DNA from: a virus
IMG/VR virus record: IMGVR_UViG_3300030060_004613
Location: 5,315-69,314 of that record
Direction: 5' to 3' (one strand)
Length of the DNA stretch: 64,000 nucleotides
The position numbers and the translations under genes were made by a program. This document shows positions 45,691-53,866 of the stretch, piece by piece. Under the pieces are notes generated by a model. The model was given only the letters and a program-made list of their open reading frames with translations, did not search any database and was not told the origin of the DNA. Numbering within the stretch: position 1 is the first letter of the stretch; each line of letters begins with the position of its first letter.

Positions 45691-45978
45691 TCAGTAGTCG
45701 AGCATATTCATCAGACCAGAAAGCAAAACCTCGTCGTCTGGTTCAACCATTTTCTTATTAGATGGAGGAGGATTGTTTCCCTCACCGATTCGAGCAAAAA
45801 GATTTGAGTATTGGCTCATGCGATCCAACTGTTCTTTCTGCATTCTCGCGAACTCTTTTTCCTCCTCTGAAATCTCTGGGATTTCAATTTCAGGGGCCTC
45901 TTCCTCTTGGTTTGGCTCAGAGTAATCTTTGCCAAGCAAACCAAAGCGTTTCATCTGTCTGTCGAAATAACGTCCCAT
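45691..45978 (-). CDS. hypothetical protein
   Basis: TGATG coupling. Confidence 0.6.
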   Translation of the reverse strand: MGRYFDRQMKRFGLLGKDYSEPNQEEEAPEIEIPEISEEEKEFARMQKEQLDRMSQYSNLFARIGEGNNPPPSNKKMVEPDDEVLLSGLMNMLDY

Positions 45979-47267
45979 CAGGTCTTCACCGGGTCGCCAT
46001 ACAGGTACGCATACCCGCTTGGCATTTCTTGAAATGATCCTCTACGATACAGTCTATCATTCCGGTCAAGATAACGTTTTCGCATCTGATCTAAACGTTG
46101 TTCCGCTTTGACCTCATAGATGTTGGACAAACTGCCTTGTCCGTATTGTAGATAGAGATCAGCTACGGTTTTGTAAACCAAGACAGAATGATACTGCGGT
46201 GGAATCTGGGGCTCATCGTTGTTCCCTACGAGTCTGGGTGGACGTCGCATGTACCGAATCTCACACTTGATGTCTGTATCTGGCCGCCTGTACAGACGCA
46301 TCGTGTCACGAGGCCCTTCGTAGTAAAGAGGGCGCTCATAATCTAATGGGAACGACCCATCGTCATTAAAAAATGAAGAGGGTGAGGTAGCTGGAATCAC
46401 TTCAAAAATTTGAAACCAACCTGTTTTGGCCGTTGCGTTTCTTCGATAAATTCGTTTTCTATAAACGTCAACGCCACTGTCGTCGGGCAAACCACCTATA
46501 GTAATTGTACGATTTGAACCAGAAGCCGCAATCGTACCGCTTACTACTGGGCTCGGCGCAGATTCAATACCTTCTCTTTCAAGAGTAGCGCAGTACTCAA
46601 ACTTAGTGCCGTGTGTCAGTGTTCCACCGGCCCCAACTGCTGCGGTAAGGGTGAGGTCGTTGTTCGGGGTGCGGTCATAGTCATCATCCGTAATGATGAT
46701 CGTGTCTCCAGAAGATGTGTGGTCTAAAAGTAAGTCCTCTTCAGTTCGAGGGTCTACATACACAAGTCTTCGGTCACGCGAGTTAGCTGCTTGTCCAAAG
46801 ATTTCATCTCGAATGGTAATGCCCAAAAAGTCCACCATGTCTCTTGGCAGCTTAATTTTGTCCCATTTGACTTTAAAATCTGAGGTCGCAGTCAGCGCAC
46901 CAGACGCTCCTGTTGGACCAGTCAAGAATGCAGTGGTAGTGCTTGCAACAGAATCAATCCGATACTCGATGTTGTTGGTCGTATCTTCGATTACGGCACC
47001 TTCCATGCCCGTATGAAGCCAAGTACCGGCTGCTGCCGTCACTAACTTACTGTTGTTTGCTAACGTAAGTGTTCTTCCCGCAGCACCCTCTATGTCTTGA
47101 TAAAGTTGTTGTTCAGCACGTTCCTGCAAAAAACGCCAAGGCGAGGAACTACAAAGCTCCTCGTAGTGCCTGTTGATGAGTCGCACTAAGTGGTTCTCAT
47201 GAGTCGCAACATTTGGGTTGTGATCAAGCAAGCCGTTGATTTCTTCGATGATGTCTTTGAGAATCAT
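45978..47267 (-). CDS. head-tail adaptor (tail tubular A-like) with inserted beta domains
   Basis: INRHYEELC..PWRF N-terminus; EPQIPPQYHSVLVY C-terminus; position after the capsid genes. Confidence 0.75.
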   Translation of the reverse strand: MILKDIIEEINGLLDHNPNVATHENHLVRLINRHYEELCSSSPWRFLQERAEQQLYQDIEGAAGRTLTLANNSKLVTAAAGTWLHTGMEGAVIEDTTNNIEYRIDSVASTTTAFLTGPTGASGALTATSDFKVKWDKIKLPRDMVDFLGITIRDEIFGQAANSRDRRLVYVDPRTEEDLLLDHTSSGDTIIITDDDYDRTPNNDLTLTAAVGAGGTLTHGTKFEYCATLEREGIESAPSPVVSGTIAASGSNRTITIGGLPDDSGVDVYRKRIYRRNATAKTGWFQIFEVIPATSPSSFFNDDGSFPLDYERPLYYEGPRDTMRLYRRPDTDIKCEIRYMRRPPRLVGNNDEPQIPPQYHSVLVYKTVADLYLQYGQGSLSNIYEVKAEQRLDQMRKRYLDRNDRLYRRGSFQEMPSGYAYLYGDPVKT

Positions 47268-47277
47268 GTTCCTTCCT

Positions 47278-47314
47278 AAAAGAAAGCCCCTCGAAAGTAT
47301 ATCTCCCGAGGGGC
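47278..47314 (-). terminator. intrinsic terminator after the capsid genes
   Basis: GCCCCTCG / CGAGGGGC stem followed by UUUCUUUU on the - strand. Confidence 0.75.
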
Positions 47315-47338
47315 CTCAAAGTCACAACAAAGCTGTGA

Positions 47339-47794
47339 TCAATAGAACCAGCCCTTGTCCATAATCAGGATTGCTCCATCAGACAGACCAGATCCAATGT
47401 CATTGACACAGACACCGAATGGAAACACGGTCTCATCGTCAATCGCATCACAATCACGAAGCTGACCGCTTGCGGACCCAGATACCAGGGCACCGATAGC
47501 AATAGCCTCTGCTGCTACGCAAGAGTCGTTGAATCCAGCAACCTGGACTTGAACTTCTTCACCGTCAGCAGCCGCAGTGGTTGCGACACCAAATGCGAGA
47601 GGCGAGTTGCTTTCAGCCGTAGCGGTCACGACGAAACCACCAGCACCGTAGGTGTCTGGGTCTGGATCCGCACTAACGTCCGTTTCGACTTTTACAACAT
47701 TACCAATCGCAATGGTCCCGTTGGCCAGTGCGGTAATAGTCTTCTTTGGGTAGGCAATAACGCCATTAGCGCCATCTCTTTTCAAAATACTCAT
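47339..47794 (-). CDS. capsid decoration / cement protein
   Basis: GVATTAAADGEEVQVQVAG...AIAIGALVS; follows the capsid gene. Confidence 0.75.
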   Translation of the reverse strand: MSILKRDGANGVIAYPKKTITALANGTIAIGNVVKVETDVSADPDPDTYGAGGFVVTATAESNSPLAFGVATTAAADGEEVQVQVAGFNDSCVAAEAIAIGALVSGSASGQLRDCDAIDDETVFPFGVCVNDIGSGLSDGAILIMDKGWFY

Positions 47795-47818
47795 TTTAAA
47801 GCTCCTTTAAAACTTTTA

Positions 47819-48871
47819 TTAGAAGGTTTCACCGTCATAGGCAATGCCTGACGATCCGAGGTGCTTAGCAACAAGCTGTCCGTAAAGACGAACATTTGCT
47901 GAACGAACATCGTACTCACCGCTGATCTTCTCGAACGGGGACACGTCGAAGTATCCTTCGCTATCAAAGACGAAGTGAATGTCATCAAGGTTCAGCAAGT
48001 AGAAGCTGATGACAGCCGTGGTGTGAGTCGCGGTGTCGGTAGGCATGAAGTACTCAGTCTCCATACGAATACCGTCCCACATTTGAATCATGCGACCGCC
48101 GTCAAGCTTCGCCTCATCAACGTATCGCTCGAATGAACGGAGCGAACGCTTGAGGTTCTTCATGCCCTGACGGGATGCAAGCCAGATGTGAGGCTCACCA
48201 GAGGAGGACACAGCAGCAGTCTCGACACGAAGGTCCACCAGAGCCTGGAGACCGTTAGCGTTGAAGCTGTTGTTGATGTTCGCAACTTGGTTTTGCCAGC
48301 CTGGAATAGCTGAGTAGGTTCCCTTGTTGACACCACCAACAACGTTGGTTTGTGTCGTAGGAGCACCTTCCTCCAGGTAACCAGTGTTGAAGGTAATGCC
48401 GTTGAGCGTTGCCCAATCAGCAAAACCGCCAGCGTCTACGCCCTCAACCGTTTTACGGAGAAGGTTACGGCGCATAGCACCCATCACTGCCTTGGTACGA
48501 GCGTCAAGAATGCTAATGACAGCAGACTCGCCTCGGTTCTTAATCTCCTCATCTTTGGAGATTGCGATAGGCATAGTGACGTGAGCAGGGGTGTAGACCG
48601 CAGGGGTCAACACGTCAGCAACCGTCAGGTTGAGCTTCTCGTATCCAGTCTGCATACGAGTGGCGTTACTGTGCTCACCGAAACCAAGAGGCTCGATGTA
48701 GCGGGTTCCGCCTTCTACCTGGGGTTGTCCCTTGCCGTGAACGTCCTCGTGAACGTCGAGAAGCGCAGTGCTTCGATGCAAGTTGTCACGGAAGTCTTCC
48801 GCGAGCAGATATAGAGTCGATGAGAGCAACTCATCGGTGATATTTAGGCCAGTGGCCTGTGTAACGGGCAT
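47819..48871 (-). CDS. major capsid protein
   Basis: 350 aa after the scaffold; GGTRYIEPL, NRGESAVISILDAR, GWQNQ, FYLLN. Confidence 0.85.
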   Translation of the reverse strand: MPVTQATGLNITDELLSSTLYLLAEDFRDNLHRSTALLDVHEDVHGKGQPQVEGGTRYIEPLGFGEHSNATRMQTGYEKLNLTVADVLTPAVYTPAHVTMPIAISKDEEIKNRGESAVISILDARTKAVMGAMRRNLLRKTVEGVDAGGFADWATLNGITFNTGYLEEGAPTTQTNVVGGVNKGTYSAIPGWQNQVANINNSFNANGLQALVDLRVETAAVSSSGEPHIWLASRQGMKNLKRSLRSFERYVDEAKLDGGRMIQMWDGIRMETEYFMPTDTATHTTAVISFYLLNLDDIHFVFDSEGYFDVSPFEKISGEYDVRSANVRLYGQLVAKHLGSSGIAYDGETF

Positions 48872-48890
48872 TTTTTACCTCGGGGCTTAG

Positions 48891-49883
48891 TTATTTGAGA
48901 CCAGCAAGACGCTTAGCCTCTTCTTGATTTGCCTTGACCCAAGCATAAAGCTCTTGAGCCCTGGCACCTTTCGGAGGACCTGAAGTCTTTGCCGCATTCG
49001 CTTTGGATTTCCCAATTTGCCGCGCACTGGCCGCCCTCACCTGTCGCTGACGTGCTTGCAGGCGAGCTTGCTCGTCCTGTGCGCGTTGCGCTTTGATGAG
49101 TTCGTATGCGTCCGGTGTGCTAATCGCGAAACCAGATGAACGTCTTTGCCGGATGAGTTCAGCAACATCTCCACGAAATCCGTTATCGCGCATCTCAGGA
49201 TGAGACTCGATAAAGTCATTCAGTGCCATACGCCGCGTTTCTTGCTGCGTATGTTCTTGGATTGGTGCAACCAACTCATTGAGCTTCTGGGCGGTAGCCC
49301 GCTCAATCCGAGCTTCGATTCCCTCTGGGGTTAAGAGGTCAGGCAAGCTCGATTCAGGTCGAGCAAGAACCTCTTTCAACTTGGGATCGTCCATGAGTTT
49401 TGCGAGCGCTGCTTGTCGAGTGACAAACGCACGCTCCTTTTCCTCAAGGGCTTTTACCCGCTCACCAAACTGAGCATCGTAATCCCGTGCTTTTTGAGAA
49501 TCGCGTTGACGTTTATTGTGGTAATCACGACGCAAATTGTGGATGACTCGCTTCGAAAGCGGATCAAGCTTTTCAAGATGCTCCGGCTTGATTCCCTTAT
49601 AAAAGCCATCCAACGAAAAGGTTTCGTCTTCAGGCAAGTCTGATGTCAAGAGATCGAATGCACGATCTGTTTGAGCACCAGTTTCGACATCATTGGTGCC
49701 CCGAGTCTCCTGCTTGTTAGCCACATTTCCCGCGCTGTCGTGATCGCTTGCCGCTTCAACTTGCTGAATGATGTTGCCCGAGGCGTCATTCGTAGCTTCG
49801 ACTGCTACAGTTGGTGCGACAGCGTCATTGGACGCAACGGTTCCTGTTTCAACTGCGGAGTTGCTCAGTTCCGTATCTGCCAT
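48891..49883 (-). CDS. capsid scaffolding protein
   Basis: Acidic N-terminus, DYHNKRQ coiled coil, directly upstream of the capsid gene. Confidence 0.75.
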   Translation of the reverse strand: MADTELSNSAVETGTVASNDAVAPTVAVEATNDASGNIIQQVEAASDHDSAGNVANKQETRGTNDVETGAQTDRAFDLLTSDLPEDETFSLDGFYKGIKPEHLEKLDPLSKRVIHNLRRDYHNKRQRDSQKARDYDAQFGERVKALEEKERAFVTRQAALAKLMDDPKLKEVLARPESSLPDLLTPEGIEARIERATAQKLNELVAPIQEHTQQETRRMALNDFIESHPEMRDNGFRGDVAELIRQRRSSGFAISTPDAYELIKAQRAQDEQARLQARQRQVRAASARQIGKSKANAAKTSGPPKGARAQELYAWVKANQEEAKRLAGLK

Positions 49884-49961
49884 TTTTTCTCCTATGTACA
49901 GGTAAGGGACCCTGTACGATTTGATTCTAAATGCCTACGCTTATGTAGGCAAGAGTGTAAG

Positions 49962-50573
49962 TTACATGTTTTCTGCGAGAAGCTCATCTTCTGCGCTCAT
50001 TGGACCCTCTTCTCCTTCCGGCATTGGGGGTGGTTCTTGACCCTCGGCCATAGCTTCCTCACCAGGAGGATTACGCAGTTCTTGGGCGAGGTTGTTGTCT
50101 TTTTCCATCATTTTGAGTTTGCCTGCTGCTGCCTTGAGGGCAGTGTCAGAGTTCAACTCAGATGGTTCAAAGATAAACTTTTCGAAGTTGCCTTCTTCAT
50201 CGATGAAACGAATGGCCTCAACAAGCGCAACTGCTGGCGCGTACACCTCTGGTGGGAGGGGCTCGGGCCAACGGTCACCTTTTTCAACCATGTTGGGGTC
50301 AGGATTCCAAGCTGGGATCTGCACGTCAGTTCCCGCAAGAGCATCCAGCGTTTTATCCAACTGGTCTGAAAACATTTGAATGGTCTTCAGCTTAAAAGGT
50401 TTTTCTGGAGGAGGGGCTCCCATCGCAAGCTCCTGCATGGCCATGTCCGCTTCTTGAGCACGCATCTGCTCAAGTTCTTGCGGAGAAGGACCCATGCCTC
50501 CCTGCGGGGGTGCCATTCCTGGCTGCATTCCTGGTCCCATTTGACCCTGACCCATTTCTTCTTGCGACGGCAT
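49962..50573 (-). CDS. Met/Pro/Glu-rich head-associated protein
   Basis: AGGAG RBS; between portal and scaffold. Confidence 0.65.
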   Translation of the reverse strand: MPSQEEMGQGQMGPGMQPGMAPPQGGMGPSPQELEQMRAQEADMAMQELAMGAPPPEKPFKLKTIQMFSDQLDKTLDALAGTDVQIPAWNPDPNMVEKGDRWPEPLPPEVYAPAVALVEAIRFIDEEGNFEKFIFEPSELNSDTALKAAAGKLKMMEKDNNLAQELRNPPGEEAMAEGQEPPPMPEGEEGPMSAEDELLAENM

Positions 50574-50586
50574 TTTGAACTCCTAT

Positions 50587-51210
50587 TCAGTCTGGCGGCA
50601 AAAGTGCGGCCATCTTGCCTTGATCAATCTTCTTACGAACATCTTTATACGCCGGATCATTATTAATCCGGTCATAATAATCGCGGTAAATATCTTTTTC
50701 TTCATCGATTTTAGCGTCTTGCTTAGAAATCTCACCGGACATATCCCAGTCGCCGTCTACTGGTACGACGCCTTGTTGTCGGCATACTTCACGACGATGT
50801 GATTCAGACTTCAACATCACGCCAAGAGCCCTATCGTAGTAAGGGTAACGAGCCCAGTGCATATCAAGTTTGGGGCGAACGACTCGTTTGGCCTGTCCGC
50901 CACAGCCCCCGGTCTCACACGGATAGGTTTCAGGTGGTACGCCACTCAACCATTCAAACGTAGTCTCTCCGCAGTCCTCACAGGAAAACTGCATCAATCG
51001 CTCTTTCTTCATAAACTCGTCGGAGTCCAAACCTTTGCCATATACGACGTGATGATTTTGTGGCTTTGGTGGTGGCTGCCAGTTGATTGAGCGCCAAATA
51101 GATTCCGAACCACATTGTTCGCAATCCACTGTCTCTGGCTTTGATTCAAAGCTTGAAAAAACGTCGGTGGCGTGATCACACTTAGGACAGTCGAAAGTAT
51201 AGATCGGCAT
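50587..51210 (-). CDS. FmdB-like double zinc-ribbon protein
   Basis: MPIYTFDCPKC...CEQCGS and a second FSCEDCG...CETGGCGG. Confidence 0.8.
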   Translation of the reverse strand: MPIYTFDCPKCDHATDVFSSFESKPETVDCEQCGSESIWRSINWQPPPKPQNHHVVYGKGLDSDEFMKKERLMQFSCEDCGETTFEWLSGVPPETYPCETGGCGGQAKRVVRPKLDMHWARYPYYDRALGVMLKSESHRREVCRQQGVVPVDGDWDMSGEISKQDAKIDEEKDIYRDYYDRINNDPAYKDVRKKIDQGKMAALLPPD

Positions 51211-53456
51211 TACTGTGCCCCAAGTTGTTGAAGAAGCTGTTGTAGAAACTGTGCTTGTTGATCAGGAGGCAACTGAAGGGCCTGCTGTAGTTGCTGGAGC
51301 AGTTCAGGTGGTGCTCCTGCTTGCTGGAGAAGTTCTGCAAGCTGTTGCAACGCTTGCTGTGGAGGGGCCGCAAGGAGTTGTTGGACAACCTCAGGGGGAA
51401 GCCCCCCACCTTGTGGAGGAGGTGGAGGGCCGGGTTGTGCCGTTTGCGCTGGCGCTGCGGCAGCCTGGGGACCCTGAGCCGGAGGAGGACCTCCTTGTGG
51501 CTGTTGAGGAGGCGCTTGCTGACCCATCTCTGCTTCTTTCTCTGCTTGCTCTTCTGTCATTTGAGCAAGAGCTTGTTCGAGAGAGTCTGGGTGCATGTCC
51601 TTTGGCAAATCAAACTTTTCAACAATGGCTTCCATCTGAGCTTTCGCAAGAACAGCGCCAGGTCCGCCCTTTTGAATGATTTCCCACAACTGTTGAAGAG
51701 GTCCAAGCAACTGAAGGACAGCATCTCGTACAGCTTGATCAGAAAATGGAGTGCGCCTTGAATCAACAACTTCGATTTGGAAGTCGCCTTCAAGGTCATC
51801 GACAGTGATTTCAACAATGTCTGGGCCTTGTTTGATTCGAATTACGTCAGGAGCGGGAGGCATATCAACGTCGATTTCAGCCGCAGCTTGAACCACAACA
51901 GCCTCGCCTTCTCCCGCTTGCTCGGCAGCTTCTTCTGCAACTTCCTGAACTTCTTCAACGACGCCTTCGATTTGATCTTCAGCTTCGTCAATCGCCTCTT
52001 CTCTCTGAGTCTCTTTGAGGCTGTTGTCGTCAACGTCATGAAGCTCACGCTTATACTCCATGCCGAAGTCACGAAGCGGTGCTTCCATTGAAGCCACGAT
52101 GGCGCGTAAAAAGACTCGAACAATCTGAGCAACCCAGTTGTCCTTAATCATTGCGTGACGTCCATACTCGGACTCGGTGTAGTCACGCAGGTTCATTACC
52201 TCTGTAGCCGTAGCTTTGGTGGGCACACCGTAAGCGTTAGGGCTGGTGCCTGCTGCTCGTTGAAGGTCTGCCTCAGCCTGAGCTTCGTAACTCAGAATAT
52301 TCGAAGAAATTGGAGCATTCTGAATTGGAACGATGACGTTGTTTAGAGCGCGTCCGTTTAAACGACCGTCTTCCACGGGAATAACCAGACCATCAACACC
52401 CGCAGTAATCAAACTCATCTGATCTGCGGTCAGTACACCATCAAGGGCTAAGTACTGCCTGGAGTCACGACGTGCAGCATTCGCTCGGAAAGAACGAAAA
52501 ACATTGATCTCTTGAATCTGTGGGAAGATACGAGATGCGTGGCTAATCCCTCGAAGAGGAAACTCAGGCTCAGAGTTGAAGATTAAAGGCACGATGTGAG
52601 GCAGCGGATCGCCGGGTCTCGTAGAGTAAGGCATAGGACCTTCGAAGATTGGCTCTTCATTGTACTCAGTGCCTTGATCAAGCAGAAAGACCTGAAACTT
52701 GCCCTTCATTGGTCCTTCTGAACTCTGATAGGTGTCCACCATATTGCAGACTTCGAACACCCGGACGAACAAATCATCGTCAGGATCATAAGAAGAACCA
52801 CCCTTACCGACTTTGGTCCGCTGTTTTTGATGAGCTTTCTGGTAGTTGGTCTCCAGATAATCTTCTCGTGGCTGACCTTTAAGACCAGTCAGGCCATATT
52901 GATCCTCAACTTCTTTGAGCGGTCGATAGTAAACGTGACCAATAAAACGCTGGTCGTCCTCATCATACACATCATTATCGAGAACCATCTCCCAATAGGG
53001 AATGACCCGGAACCATACGCGATCCAGAACGTCACCAGGACCATCGTCAACGCCAACTTTAATTCCTGAACCAGGGTACAACAGTCCCTGACGAATCGAC
53101 TTGAGTACACGAAGATGCGTTTTGTTTTGATTGAGCCACTTGTTGGCTACCATCTCGACTTTTGAAGCGTCTCCCCCCAAAGTAGGCCCAGGCCCTACAA
53201 CAACGCGAGCAGCTTTCGGGTACAAAGCAGCAACGTATGATTCAATGATTCCGTAGAGACGGTTCACCTCAACTTGAATTTGGCTCGGCAAATCCTGCAT
53301 CGTGCGGACGTTGCCAGCCTGTTGAGTCTCCCAAAATCTCGTCAGATATGTTTCTTTGTACAAACGCCATTTTTTAGCGTTTCGCTTTGAGGTGGTTTCG
53401 TGCAGCCTCAAATGATCCAGCAGGACTTTGGGAGTAAGAATGTCGTTTTCAGCCAT
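51210..53456 (-). CDS. portal protein
   Basis: 748 aa; VNRLYGIIESYVAALY, KATATEV, Gln/Pro-rich tail; P22-like layout. Confidence 0.85.
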   Translation of the reverse strand: MAENDILTPKVLLDHLRLHETTSKRNAKKWRLYKETYLTRFWETQQAGNVRTMQDLPSQIQVEVNRLYGIIESYVAALYPKAARVVVGPGPTLGGDASKVEMVANKWLNQNKTHLRVLKSIRQGLLYPGSGIKVGVDDGPGDVLDRVWFRVIPYWEMVLDNDVYDEDDQRFIGHVYYRPLKEVEDQYGLTGLKGQPREDYLETNYQKAHQKQRTKVGKGGSSYDPDDDLFVRVFEVCNMVDTYQSSEGPMKGKFQVFLLDQGTEYNEEPIFEGPMPYSTRPGDPLPHIVPLIFNSEPEFPLRGISHASRIFPQIQEINVFRSFRANAARRDSRQYLALDGVLTADQMSLITAGVDGLVIPVEDGRLNGRALNNVIVPIQNAPISSNILSYEAQAEADLQRAAGTSPNAYGVPTKATATEVMNLRDYTESEYGRHAMIKDNWVAQIVRVFLRAIVASMEAPLRDFGMEYKRELHDVDDNSLKETQREEAIDEAEDQIEGVVEEVQEVAEEAAEQAGEGEAVVVQAAAEIDVDMPPAPDVIRIKQGPDIVEITVDDLEGDFQIEVVDSRRTPFSDQAVRDAVLQLLGPLQQLWEIIQKGGPGAVLAKAQMEAIVEKFDLPKDMHPDSLEQALAQMTEEQAEKEAEMGQQAPPQQPQGGPPPAQGPQAAAAPAQTAQPGPPPPPQGGGLPPEVVQQLLAAPPQQALQQLAELLQQAGAPPELLQQLQQALQLPPDQQAQFLQQLLQQLGAQ

Positions 53457-53463
53457 GATGTGC

Positions 53464-53862
53464 CTAATCTAAATCAATGAGGTCGAATTTGTCACGCATC
53501 GGTTCAAACTCTTCTTTGCTCACATATCTCAAATCACCAGAGCTAATAAGATCGTAAATGCGCCCAGCGTTGTTCGGATAACGCTTGTCAATGTCTGCGA
53601 GCAACTCACCAAGAAAAGAATCTTGCATTCCATCTTTCTTTAACTTGAGCGATGCGCGTCCTTTCTGGCTCTTAACAAAATCCATTTCAGCGGCGCGTTT
53701 TTCGTTTTCTTGTTGCTGATACTCCATCTTTGCTTGCTTTGCAGTAGCTTCGATGGTCTCGCGATTAACGTCGGTGCTCATTCGCTTCTGCTCAGCGTCT
53801 CGCAAACTTCGCATGTTTTCGAGAGACTCTTTCATCTTTTCTTTGTACTGCCTGTCTGCCAT
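53464..53862 (-). CDS. hypothetical protein
   Basis: GAGG RBS; coiled coil. Confidence 0.65.
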   Translation of the reverse strand: MADRQYKEKMKESLENMRSLRDAEQKRMSTDVNRETIEATAKQAKMEYQQQENEKRAAEMDFVKSQKGRASLKLKKDGMQDSFLGELLADIDKRYPNNAGRIYDLISSGDLRYVSKEEFEPMRDKFDLIDLD

Positions 53863-53866
53863 TTGA

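Noticed and set aside
47795-47830. Possible capsid-to-decoration frameshift or readthrough
   Set aside because: Tandem TAA stops and a separate AAGGAG RBS for the next gene
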